Shown here piece after piece: positions 1-9,079 of a stretch of 64,000 bases of DNA. The position numbers and the translations under genes were made by a program. Source of the stretch: Candidatus Poribacteria bacterium (GTDB lineage: Bacteria > Poribacteria > WGA-4E > WGA-3G); NCBI GenBank assembly GCA_965200205.1, contig CBDAUI010000002.1:319837-383836 (forward strand), read 5' to 3'. The notes beneath the pieces were generated by a model, which did no database searches, was not told where the DNA came from, and was given only the letters and a program-made list of their open reading frames with translations. Position 1 is the stretch's first letter, and each line of letters starts with the position of its first letter.

Positions 1-524
1 GAGAAGGGATAGGTAAAGAGGAAACTCTCACTGCCTGGACTTCAGGTATTCGTCAGCAACTTATTCACGGGAATGCCTCAAATGATGAAACAATCCACGA
101 TTCCGATCCAGTAGAATTTGCCATACCAAGTGAAAGTCATGGATTCTCGCAAGGTGAAAGTAACGGGTTGCTACAAGAGACACTCCCTCCAGATGCCAAC
201 ACATTCATTGATGTTGAATCTTCTGATATTTCTGAGGACTCGTTTCCATTTGATGATATACTCCAAAAAGATCCTGAAACCATCACAGTGGAGACACTTG
301 AAGCATTGGAATCCCTAGAACTCCCAACAGAAGAAAACATTGAGTCACAACTCCGCGAACAACTCAATCCTGAGAGATTTTCACCACAACGACTCAATCA
401 GGCAATGCAAACCCTTAACCAATATGGACCCGAAGAAGGTGTTCGTAGACTCAGAGAATCAGACCCTGAAATTGCCGAAATTGTTGAGAAACGTTTCGCG
501 GTACAGACAGAACCAATTAGATGA
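1..524 (+). CDS. Acidic extracytoplasmic protein, family-A paralog (5' end upstream of window)
   Basis: Frame +3 is open from nt 3 to TGA 522-524. C-terminal RFSPQRLNQAMQTLNQYGPEEGVRRLRESDPEIAEIVEKRF aligns with SFSPNRFNAAMQTLNRYGLKDGLRRLKASDPEVGKHFERF at the end of 12956..13990. Confidence 0.6.
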   Translation, partial: EGIGKEETLTAWTSGIRQQLIHGNASNDETIHDSDPVEFAIPSESHGFSQGESNGLLQETLPPDANTFIDVESSDISEDSFPFDDILQKDPETITVETLEALESLELPTEENIESQLREQLNPERFSPQRLNQAMQTLNQYGPEEGVRRLRESDPEIAEIVEKRFAVQTEPIR

Positions 525-602
525 AAAAGAAGTTTCCTCTATGGAAGTACCCTTCCTAAAGTGGATGACTGAAAAATTTCATCAATAAGGAGAAACAACA
601 GA

Positions 603-1799
603 ATGAACAAACTATTTTACATCATCTTTGGCATCGCGCTAATCATCATAGGCATTATAGGACTACGCTTTGTTCCGCTCAGAGGTTTGGTATCTCCACA
701 GGCAACACATCCACAAAACGATTCAATCGTTAAACCGGAACCGGTTCAGGAAAGCGTCGAATCAACCGATATACCCGAAAAGAGTTCGGCAAACCCCCTT
801 ACCGAAACGGATGCGTTCTCCCGAGCATTTGAGTCAGATGTAGATATAGATAAACTCGAAGCGGAACTCTCCGAAACATTTGGGTCAGACATAGATATGG
901 ACAAACTCAAAGAAGCACTCCGTTCAAAAGACCCTGAACGTGTGAAAGAGGTTATTGAAGAGGCTATGGGTCCAGAGATCGCAGCCGGTATGGCGTACAT
1001 GATGGAAAAGATGGAGGGTTTAGAGGAGGGCGAATTTCCCGATTTCAATGTCCAAGAACTTATGAATATCTTTGCGGGTGAAAACGGTCCCAAGATTGAC
1101 TTGGCGGAAATTTCACAAAAGGCTTTCCGAGAGCATTTTCCCGAAGGCGAGCCTGCGGATTATGAAGCGGAAATGGCGGAACGCATCCATAAAATCGTTT
1201 CCGATACACCCGGCGACTTTCACAAGGTAATGAACGCTGTTACGATGGGTCTCGCCAGAGAACAAGATTTCCAATACTGGGCACTTGCTAACTTTAAAGG
1301 CGAGATAGGTCAACAGATGAAATGGATGACAGATCAGATTCTCGTGGCAGGTGAATTGGAAAACATCCAGTACACTGTCCCGGAAGACATGTCTACATTT
1401 TTACCGACGTTTACGGAAGCTGAAACGGAAGCTTCAATAACACCGACACCAAAATCCGAAACCACAACATCCGCTACGGAATCAACGGAGCCACCACCCG
1501 TCCGTTCAGACGAAAACGGCACGGTTGCCACAGAGACATCTGAAACGGTTTCAACGCCACCGATGTCGGCAGATCGGATAAATTCTATCAGAGACATCTT
1601 ATCTCAAAATGGGACGGATGCGGGACTGTTGAAACTCCTTGAAACCGATACGGACGCAGCAAACTATCTTTTGGAACGTTTTAGCTCATCTACTGAGATA
1701 GAAGAATGGCTTTCTAAACAAGCGACAGAGGTACCACCATCAAAATCCAATCCACGCGAAATCCGTCCGCAACCTTTACCACCGGAGGTACAACCGTGA
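603..1799 (+). CDS. Membrane-anchored acidic protein, distant family-A member
   Basis: AAGGAG 588-593 plus ATG. N-terminal TM helix FYIIFGIALIIIGIIGL, then a D/E/T/S/P-rich body. The tail DRINSIRDILSQNGTDAGLLKLLETD...LLERF loosely matches the family-A tail. The stop overlaps the GTG of the next gene. Confidence 0.65.
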   Translation: MNKLFYIIFGIALIIIGIIGLRFVPLRGLVSPQATHPQNDSIVKPEPVQESVESTDIPEKSSANPLTETDAFSRAFESDVDIDKLEAELSETFGSDIDMDKLKEALRSKDPERVKEVIEEAMGPEIAAGMAYMMEKMEGLEEGEFPDFNVQELMNIFAGENGPKIDLAEISQKAFREHFPEGEPADYEAEMAERIHKIVSDTPGDFHKVMNAVTMGLAREQDFQYWALANFKGEIGQQMKWMTDQILVAGELENIQYTVPEDMSTFLPTFTEAETEASITPTPKSETTTSATESTEPPPVRSDENGTVATETSETVSTPPMSADRINSIRDILSQNGTDAGLLKLLETDTDAANYLLERFSSSTEIEEWLSKQATEVPPSKSNPREIRPQPLPPEVQP

Positions 1800-2653
1800 A
1801 ACAATGGACGAATACCACTGCTCTGAAACATGTTGTTCTGCTTTTATCGTTCATCTTTCTCTCCATCTGCTTCAATGATGTCCTCGTGTCGGCAGAAGAA
1901 AATGGATCTGAAGCGAAGACTGAAAACGAAGCCGTTGGTGACATGCTAAAAGGCATAGAAGATGTAATGACAGAAAGCAAAAAGCGCAGAAAGGCACTGG
2001 AGGAATTGGTCAGAAAACCGTTGACCGAGACGCAAGAGAAATTGCTGCGCCAACTCCTTCAGCAGCCCGGGACGCTGGACGAAATATTATCCAGCGCGCC
2101 GTACTTGGCTTACCTGAAAACGGAAGTTGGAAAGGCGTATAAAGATTTTCCAACTTATGTGGAAGCGATGCCGACACCGAAACAGAAAACCGAGATGCTG
2201 TTCTCTTTGAAGAAAATGTTACCACCGAAAACAAAAGCAGAGGCACTCTCTATTAGCACAGACTACTACTTCAAATTTCGTTCACTATCGGTGAAGGAAC
2301 CGGATATTCTTACTGAAACGAATACGCTTATCCAATTCCAAACCAAACACTTGATGGAACCGTTGATGGCGGTCTATCCGGCAACAGAGTTGTTTGCGCA
2401 CATGTCAGAATTGACACAGATAGCAATGGTCACGAATTTAGAAGGACTGATGCACACTGAGGTCTTTCACGATGTGTGGCAGGAGCATTCAGAAAAGGAC
2501 GGTTCATCAGAAGGGTTGCTGCGGTCTGCAATTACAACGCCTGCTGAATTCGCCCTCGTGCGTTCATTTTTTGAGGACACAGCAGCATTTGAAAAATGGA
2601 TTCAGCCCTCTTTGGAAACAGAAGAGGAATCTGAAGGAGAAAAAAATAGATAA
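1796..2653 (+). CDS. Secreted/anchored protein, family-B paralog 1
   Basis: GTG overlaps the upstream TGA (GTGA), with GGAGG at 1783-1787. Hydrophobic N-terminus. SSAPYLAYLKTEVGKAYKDF and EGLLRSAITTPAEFALVRSFFEDTAAFEKWI are shared with 2841..3629. Confidence 0.7.
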   Translation: MKQWTNTTALKHVVLLLSFIFLSICFNDVLVSAEENGSEAKTENEAVGDMLKGIEDVMTESKKRRKALEELVRKPLTETQEKLLRQLLQQPGTLDEILSSAPYLAYLKTEVGKAYKDFPTYVEAMPTPKQKTEMLFSLKKMLPPKTKAEALSISTDYYFKFRSLSVKEPDILTETNTLIQFQTKHLMEPLMAVYPATELFAHMSELTQIAMVTNLEGLMHTEVFHDVWQEHSEKDGSSEGLLRSAITTPAEFALVRSFFEDTAAFEKWIQPSLETEEESEGEKNR

Positions 2654-2680
2654 TGTAGTGAAAGCGATAGACTGTCTTCT

Positions 2681-2722
2681 AACGCGTCCACGACCACGAG
2701 TATTTTGTGGACGCGTTTTTTA
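2681..2722 (+). terminator. Rho-independent terminator
   Basis: Perfect 11-bp stem AACGCGTCCAC (2681-2691) / GTGGACGCGTT (2707-2717) running into a T-run, 28 nt after the stop. Confidence 0.65.
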
Positions 2723-2840
2723 TGGAAATACCCTTCGCTTCTATCGAAAAAGTAAACTGAGGCATTTCAGAAAAGGTTGCAATCGGATTTGAAACATGTT
2801 ACGATAAGAACACAACCTCAACTTAAAAGGAGCGTTCCAA

Positions 2841-3629
2841 GTGAAAAAGCCTATATTTCTGATTCTTATCGGTATTGGCGTTGTGTTGCTTGTTGTCGGT
2901 GTCGCCTTTGTGGTGCCGTGGTTCGGTCGAATGATGGAGGAGATGGATCAGTTCCATGCGCAGCAAGCGGAGCATAAACGCGAATTAAGAGCGTCCGCAA
3001 ACGAACCGTTGAACGAAGAACAAGAAAAACTGCTGGCACAACTGCTTGAAGTTTCACAAGAGATGGAAACATCTCAAAATGCAAACGATTTGGAAACGGT
3101 CTTGTCGAGTGAACCGTATCTCACCTATCTAAAAACGCAAGTTGGGCAGGATTACACAGATTTTCAGGCGTACATTGACGCGATGCCGACAGAAGGCATG
3201 AAAGCCGTTGCCCTCTCCAGAATTGAAGCCGTTCTCGGCACAGATAAAAACGATGAAGAATTACAGATTTGGCAGAACTACTATTTCGTTGTGCGAGAGT
3301 GGGGGACAACGGTGCAGGATCCGCTTGATAACATGAAAGAACTCAACAAACTCCAGCAGACACACCTCATAGAACCCCTTATGGCGCATAACCCAGAGGA
3401 TTTGTCCTCTAAAATCCTACAGATTGGGATGTCTTCTATGTTTATGACCGATGATAACAAAGTCTTTCAAGATGTTTGGCGTGGACGCTTAGAGACGCAC
3501 GGGGAACAGGAAGGATTGCTGCGGTGTGCCGTTGCATCGCCGAGTGAATTCGCGCTCATGCGTTCGTTTTTTGCGGATATGAACGCATTCCAAACATGGA
3601 TACTTACACGTCCTGAACCTGAAAATTAG
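2841..3629 (+). CDS. Membrane-anchored protein, family-B paralog 2
   Basis: AAGGAG 2827-2832 plus GTG. TM helix IFLILIGIGVVLLVVGVAFVV. SSEPYLTYLKTQVGQDYTDF and EGLLRCAVASPSEFALMRSFFADMNAFQTWI match 1796..2653. Confidence 0.7.
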   Translation: MKKPIFLILIGIGVVLLVVGVAFVVPWFGRMMEEMDQFHAQQAEHKRELRASANEPLNEEQEKLLAQLLEVSQEMETSQNANDLETVLSSEPYLTYLKTQVGQDYTDFQAYIDAMPTEGMKAVALSRIEAVLGTDKNDEELQIWQNYYFVVREWGTTVQDPLDNMKELNKLQQTHLIEPLMAHNPEDLSSKILQIGMSSMFMTDDNKVFQDVWRGRLETHGEQEGLLRCAVASPSEFALMRSFFADMNAFQTWILTRPEPEN

Positions 3630-3658
3630 GAATTGAAAATGAAACTCCTTAAGCAATT

Positions 3659-3706
3659 GGCACCGGATGAGTCGTAGAAAAACGCTCATCAGGTGCCAGT
3701 TTGTTT
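3659..3706 (+). terminator. Probable Rho-independent terminator
   Basis: 13-bp stem with one mismatch, GGCACCGGATGAG (3659-3671) / CTCATCAGGTGCC (3685-3697), followed by GTTTGTTT. Confidence 0.5.
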
Positions 3707-3824
3707 GCAAAGCACGTTTTCCTTCCGTTCTTAAACCGTTCTTAAAATCCCATATCTTTCTCTCAAAGAATCACCAATCTTTTCTCTCCTTACCAGTTAA
3801 AATCTCAATCAAACCGAGATTTCT

Positions 3825-3875
3825 CGATTTATGCACCTTTTTCGATCCCAAATCGGATCATTAATTATAAAAGGG
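3825..3875 (+). promoter_or_regulatory. Conserved 51-nt upstream element, copy 1 (before the ABC-2 permease)
   Basis: CGATTTATGCACCTTTTTCGATCCCAAATCGGATCATTAATTATAAAAGGG. It is 40/51 identical (ungapped hand alignment) to 5414-5464. Confidence 0.45.
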
Positions 3876-3991
3876 TAGAACATATCACTTCACGAAAATT
3901 GGTCACACAAAAACCTGATCTCTGGAAAGTGATTGAAAGAGCACCCACATAGAATTAAACATTAAACGGTTAACTATCAAAAAAGAACAAA

Positions 3992-5404
3992 ATGGAGTTT
4001 GATATGTTAATGACTATGATTCAAAAAGAGGTTATGCATCATATTCTCAGCGTCCGATTCGTCGCGCTGCTTGTGATGTGTCTCCTACTCGTTCCGCTGA
4101 CACTTACTACCAATTACCGAAATTATCGCCAGAATTTAGTGGATTACCAAGAAGCCGTTAAACTCGCAAACATTGAAGAAACTAAGATGAACCCGGGGAT
4201 GCCACTGGATCCAGAACTCGAAGTTTCCAAACTCATCCTCAAACCGTCCCCTTTGAGTGTCTTCGCAAATGGATTAGCAGATGCACTGCCGAGCTATCTC
4301 GGTATAACTCGCAATGGGGTTACACAAGGGGCACCCGCCTTTGTGTCCTCTCTCTCCTATATGTTAGGGCATCTCGATTTTCTGTTCGTCGTCGGTACCG
4401 TCTTCAGTCTCCTCGCGTTGCTGTTTACATTCGATGCGGTTGCGGGGGAACGAGAAGCGGGTACCCTTCGGATTACGTTAGCCAATTCCTTGCCGCGCGA
4501 CCTATTTTTATGGAGCAAATTGATTGGCGGATACGTGGTGTTTATCGTTCCGTTCTTGGTATCATTGCTGTTCGGCTTATTGGTGCTTGTCTGGCAAGGA
4601 TTTCCGCTCGGAGAACCTGAAATTTTTCCGAGGGTTCTCGGTTTATCTATCATCTCGCTGCTCTACATCGGTGTATTTTTCGCAATCGGCACAGTGATTT
4701 CCACTTACTTAGACAATTCTAAAACGGCACTCATCGTTGCCTTTACTATCTGGGTGTTCGCGGTTTTGATTACGCCCCGCGTCGGGTTCCTCGCTGCCAA
4801 ATTTATCGCACCAACGCAAACTTCACAGAGCGTCTATATGGAAAAAACAGCCATGCGCGATGATTTTAAGGCAGCACTCGATAAGGAACAACATAAAATG
4901 GTCATGGAAATGCCCCGCAATGAGAGAGGACACATACACATAAGCGGCGAGATGTCTAAAAAAATTACTGAACGTATGAAACCCTTTGAAGCGGAATACA
5001 GAGCGAAATTCCAGAACTATGCGAACGAATTGGATCGAAATTATAAACGTGAAATCGAACGGCAAGAACAGTTAGGGCAGATGCTCTCTCGAATCACGCC
5101 GACATCTTCCTTAATTTATATCACTACAAACCTGACACAGACCGGAAAGGGAAAAAGAAACACCTATTTTAAAACGGGTAATCGCTATTATGAGATGCTC
5201 TATACAGATTTATTCAGTAAAATTATAGATTATACGCATAGTAGGCAAAACAGACCCGTCCAAATTACACAACCACCATCTTTGGAGATAACGACTTTAG
5301 GAGAAACGCTCCGTCAATCAGCGATAGATGTGATGCTGCTCTGCTTCTTTGCAGTCATATTGACAACCGTGGCGTTTCTGAAATTCTTCCGGTCAGATAT
5401 TTGA
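3992..5404 (+). CDS. ABC-2 family transporter permease with a long coiled-coil segment and terminal TM helix
   Basis: N-terminal TM helix, then a multi-TM core with FDAVAGEREAGTLRITLANSLPR typical of ABC-2/NosY-like permeases. A charged helical stretch (aa about 290-400) and a last TM helix follow. No ATPase gene is adjacent. Confidence 0.65.
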   Translation: MEFDMLMTMIQKEVMHHILSVRFVALLVMCLLLVPLTLTTNYRNYRQNLVDYQEAVKLANIEETKMNPGMPLDPELEVSKLILKPSPLSVFANGLADALPSYLGITRNGVTQGAPAFVSSLSYMLGHLDFLFVVGTVFSLLALLFTFDAVAGEREAGTLRITLANSLPRDLFLWSKLIGGYVVFIVPFLVSLLFGLLVLVWQGFPLGEPEIFPRVLGLSIISLLYIGVFFAIGTVISTYLDNSKTALIVAFTIWVFAVLITPRVGFLAAKFIAPTQTSQSVYMEKTAMRDDFKAALDKEQHKMVMEMPRNERGHIHISGEMSKKITERMKPFEAEYRAKFQNYANELDRNYKREIERQEQLGQMLSRITPTSSLIYITTNLTQTGKGKRNTYFKTGNRYYEMLYTDLFSKIIDYTHSRQNRPVQITQPPSLEITTLGETLRQSAIDVMLLCFFAVILTTVAFLKFFRSDI

Positions 5405-5413
5405 GGCGCAGTA

Positions 5414-5464
5414 CGATCTATGCACCCTTTCTGCCTCAACATCGTATCTTTAATTATAAAAGGG
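5414..5464 (+). promoter_or_regulatory. Conserved 51-nt upstream element, copy 2 (before sigma-propeller gene 1)
   Basis: CGATCTATGCACCCTTTCTGCCTCAACATCGTATCTTTAATTATAAAAGGG. TGCACC (5421-5426) is followed after 16 nt by CGTATC. TATAAAAGGG starts 34 nt after the T of TGCACC, as in the other copies. Confidence 0.45.
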
Positions 5465-5611
5465 CGAAATAACGTTTCAAATTTAAGGGTTTTATTTTAC
5501 TGTCGTGTTTGGTATACTTTCAAATAGGAAAGTGACTCAATATTGAGAGAGCTCGTCTATTTACCGCCCGGTCTGTCTAAGCTCGGCGGAATATAATCAT
5601 GGAGTATTCTG

Positions 5612-8611
5612 ATGGAAAGAGAAAACGATGTTCAACTAATTCGTAGAATTTTATCAGGCAATGATGAGGCGTTTAGTGTTTTAGTCCGAAAGCACCAAAA
5701 GAGTATTCACGCGCTGGCGTGGCGAAAGGTCGGTGATTTTCACATCGCTGAAGAGATTACACAAGACACTTTCCTTCAGGTATACAAGAAACTCGCGCAG
5801 TTAAAGAATCCGAACCAGTTCGCGGGATGGATTTATGTGATTGCCAATCGGCTTTGCCTTAAATGGCTGGAAAAAAATAAATTGGCGATGCAATCATTAG
5901 ACGACACACCTATAGAAGAAATCGAGGAAATCGCTTATACGGACTATGTATCTGAGCAACGGCAAACAGAGGTTGCCGAGGATCGTCACGAACTCGTCAA
6001 AAAACTGCTATCAAAGCTGCCGGAAAGTGAACGCACGGTGGTGACGCTCTTTTATCTTGGAGAGATGACCGCGCAGGAAATCGGGAAATTCTTAGGGGTG
6101 TCGGTCAACACAGTTAAAAGTCGACTTCGCCGGGGCCGCGAGCGTTTACAGGAACGGCAAGAAGAACTGTTGGTTAGCGAAACACTCGGAAGTATCGCCT
6201 TCCCTGCCCAAGTAACTGAGCGTATCATGCAAGAAGTCGCCGATATGAAACCGATACCGCCTCCGGTCGGCAAACCTTTGCTACCGTGGGCGGCTCTTGG
6301 AACTGCTGCTGTCCTTGTCATATTGCTGCTCGGTGCAAGCAACCAATACCTTGCGCGTTTTCAGAAGCCGTACAGTTTTGAAGCACAATCTGAACCGACT
6401 ATTGAAATTATTGACACGCCTATTGTTCTTGATATTGTGGCGAAACCAGCGGTGCGAAATCAAGTGGGTCGCGCTGCCTCCGTCGGTAAAAACAGCGGTA
6501 CCGGCACACAAGTCTCTACAACGACGACAGCATCTGTTACACTGGAAGATTCGGCTAAGTTTTCGACTTCGCAGTGGACACACGGCAGCGCGCCGCCAGG
6601 GGGGCACGTCCTTGACATCTTCGCTACATCCGAAGGGACCGTCTATGCCGTCGCCCCGATAGGCATATACAGATTAAGAACAGACGCGACCGCGTGGACA
6701 CGTATCAACACGGATATTCCAATCGGCAAATCACTAATGCCGATGGCAGAACATGGTGGTATTCTTTACATAGTATCTACCGATGAAATATTTGCTTCAG
6801 GTGATAGCGGTGAAACGTGGCGGACAATGGGTCCCAGGCCCAAGGGACACGCTGTTGGTTTCATCATCATGGATGAAGTAGGGGCGAGGTCACCTCGTTC
6901 CTACACGATGTATCTTGCCTTTAGAGATGAAGGGATTTATCGATCTACTGACGGTGGGACACAATGGAACTTATTTAATGACGGATTGGCAAACAAAACG
7001 ATTTCCACAGTCGCTGCTGTTGGAAAAACAGTATTTGCTGGCACAGCGCGCGGGCTCTATCGTCTCAGTTCAGGCACTTGGCAAAAATTACCGGTGGAGA
7101 CATCAAGAGCCATTTACGCCTTGGCGGTGTCTGAGAATAATCTCTATATTGGGACGGGGCCCGAGCTATTGGGATTCACGCCAATAACGATAGAACAAGA
7201 AGTGCCAAAGAATGAGTCGCATACCCTCAAAATTTTCCATTCGGCTGACTTCGGAGCGTCGTGGACACAAATAACACCGAGTTATAAATCTGACGATTCG
7301 GTGATACCATCTGGTATAAATATATGGGCGGCTGGTGAAACGCTCTTTGTATCGAGTGCTGAGCATCAATATTGTTCAACAGATCATGGACAAACCTGGA
7401 CAGAATCTATAGGAGATTCCGACCTACTTATGACCAATAGGCTTCCAACTGTAACGGTGAACGAGAACACATTTTACAAAGCTGGACCATTCGGTATCTA
7501 TCGCTCAACTGATGGCGGGAAATCGTGGCCCCTACTGATAGATGGGATGGTGGGAACCAGGCTAAAGGATTTGGTTGCGTTCAACAACAAATTATACGCA
7601 CATAATGGTTATGCGGTGTATCAATCAACTGACGAAGGTGTGTCTTGGAAAAAACTCTCAATTTCCGAGGCGACTTTTGGGAAAGTGATTACGATTACAC
7701 ATACAATTACACCTGAATTATCAAAACCGGAAAGCGCGCGTATCTCCCACTCCTTCAATTCAAAATTGGTAGTTGATGGCAATAATCTTTATCTTATTTC
7801 ACCTGAAGATGACAACTTGCAAATTTTCCGCGTATCTACAGATGGCAATATACGCATTCCCGTTCAAAGCATACCCGTTTCTGATAATAAAGCATTATCT
7901 CGTAATTTACGAGCAGATAGCGAGGCAGCAAGAGGGATTGACTCATCTGAGGGTTCTGAAACAGAGCATCACGCAATCGTCCCAATCGTTCCACCGCCTA
8001 TACGTGGAGAGGAAGCGAGAACCAGACTGATCGTAGTCCGTAACGATGTATTCTACGCTGAGCACAGACGGACGCTTTTTAAATGGAGACTTGGCGAATC
8101 GAAATGGACAAACACAGGATTAACAGACATGAGCCAAGAGTCTTATGACAACGACAGCCAGGATATCAAATTAGCGGTTTCGAGAGAAACCGTCTATGTC
8201 GGCAAACGCGATGGTAAACTGTTTCAGTCGCTTGATGAAGGGAGCAGCTGGAGAGATGTTACGCCGAGTCTACCGCTTCACTTTGCCCGTTTCAAAGAGA
8301 TAACCTTTGTCGGTTCAACAGTTTATGTCGCAACTGACGGAGGTGTCTTGAGTTCCGAAACCGGTGAACACTGGCGCGTGCTAACCGATAGTACGGGTAC
8401 ACGTCCGATTATAGACAGATTTGCTGTGGAGGGTCCTACAGTTTATGGTGCTGGCAATGTTGGAGTCTATCGCTTGGATACCGGTAAGCAATGGAAACAA
8501 ATTTCTTCAGAAGCACTCGGTGAAACTGTCGCGCTCGCCGTCATTAACGATAAACTCTATAGTGCTATCAAAGATCAAGGGATATTTCACATCTCGCTTG
8601 CCGAAGAATAA
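5612..8611 (+). CDS. ECF sigma factor fused via one TM helix to a double BNR/Asp-box beta-propeller ectodomain
   Basis: Sigma-70 region 2 (DFHIAEEITQDTFLQVYKKL...GWIYVIANRL) and region 4 (LPESERTVVTLFYLGEMTAQEIGKFLGVSVNTVKSRLRRGRERL). TM helix LLPWAALGTAAVLVILLLGA. Seven clear Asp-boxes: SGDSGETW, STDGGTQW, SADFGASW, STDHGQTW, STDGGKSW, STDEGVSW, SLDEGSSW. Confidence 0.85.
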   Translation: MERENDVQLIRRILSGNDEAFSVLVRKHQKSIHALAWRKVGDFHIAEEITQDTFLQVYKKLAQLKNPNQFAGWIYVIANRLCLKWLEKNKLAMQSLDDTPIEEIEEIAYTDYVSEQRQTEVAEDRHELVKKLLSKLPESERTVVTLFYLGEMTAQEIGKFLGVSVNTVKSRLRRGRERLQERQEELLVSETLGSIAFPAQVTERIMQEVADMKPIPPPVGKPLLPWAALGTAAVLVILLLGASNQYLARFQKPYSFEAQSEPTIEIIDTPIVLDIVAKPAVRNQVGRAASVGKNSGTGTQVSTTTTASVTLEDSAKFSTSQWTHGSAPPGGHVLDIFATSEGTVYAVAPIGIYRLRTDATAWTRINTDIPIGKSLMPMAEHGGILYIVSTDEIFASGDSGETWRTMGPRPKGHAVGFIIMDEVGARSPRSYTMYLAFRDEGIYRSTDGGTQWNLFNDGLANKTISTVAAVGKTVFAGTARGLYRLSSGTWQKLPVETSRAIYALAVSENNLYIGTGPELLGFTPITIEQEVPKNESHTLKIFHSADFGASWTQITPSYKSDDSVIPSGINIWAAGETLFVSSAEHQYCSTDHGQTWTESIGDSDLLMTNRLPTVTVNENTFYKAGPFGIYRSTDGGKSWPLLIDGMVGTRLKDLVAFNNKLYAHNGYAVYQSTDEGVSWKKLSISEATFGKVITITHTITPELSKPESARISHSFNSKLVVDGNNLYLISPEDDNLQIFRVSTDGNIRIPVQSIPVSDNKALSRNLRADSEAARGIDSSEGSETEHHAIVPIVPPPIRGEEARTRLIVVRNDVFYAEHRRTLFKWRLGESKWTNTGLTDMSQESYDNDSQDIKLAVSRETVYVGKRDGKLFQSLDEGSSWRDVTPSLPLHFARFKEITFVGSTVYVATDGGVLSSETGEHWRVLTDSTGTRPIIDRFAVEGPTVYGAGNVGVYRLDTGKQWKQISSEALGETVALAVINDKLYSAIKDQGIFHISLAEE

Positions 8612-8741
8612 CCGATATAGATGTTGACAGACGTTCTGAACACCGTACAGAGCGTTCGGATGTTCATTGCGGCTCCTACTCCCTCTAAAAGAGAAGTGTT
8701 AAGACTCGGATTCAGGCAACATATATATAGCTCATTGTTCG

Positions 8742-8776
8742 CGTTCCCACTGTTCCCGCGGTGGGAACGTTTTTTA
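8742..8776 (+). terminator. Rho-independent terminator
   Basis: 9-bp stem CGTTCCCAC (8742-8750) / GTGGGAACG (8761-8769) followed by TTTTTT. Confidence 0.65.
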
Positions 8777-8819
8777 TTGGGGGTTAATGTGCTAATTTTT
8801 CATTAAAATTCATTTTTTT

Positions 8820-8867
8820 CGATTATGCACCCTTTCCAATCTAAAAATGTGTCACATAATATAAAGG
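8820..8867 (+). promoter_or_regulatory. Conserved upstream element, copy 3 (before sigma-propeller gene 2)
   Basis: CGATTATGCACCCTTTCCAATCTAAAAATGTGTCACATAATATAAAGG. TGCACC is at 8826-8831 and TATAAAGG starts 34 nt later. The downstream ATGTTTCAAGTTAGG matches ACGTTTCAAATTTAAGG after copy 2. Confidence 0.4.
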
Positions 8868-9079
8868 AATAATATAAAATAATGTTTCAAGTTAGGAAAC
8901 TTCAATTTCGTATTCTCTTTGGAAAGAAGCACGAGGAAGCAAAATAGTTATACCCAAGCTTGAGACGATGAAATTAGCAATCCAATACTCCGGAATCTTC
9001 GATATTTTACATCTCTGGCTACCGAACAACGGAGAATTTAAAGGCATCCCAATTTATTTGTCCATCATGGAGGTATCTT

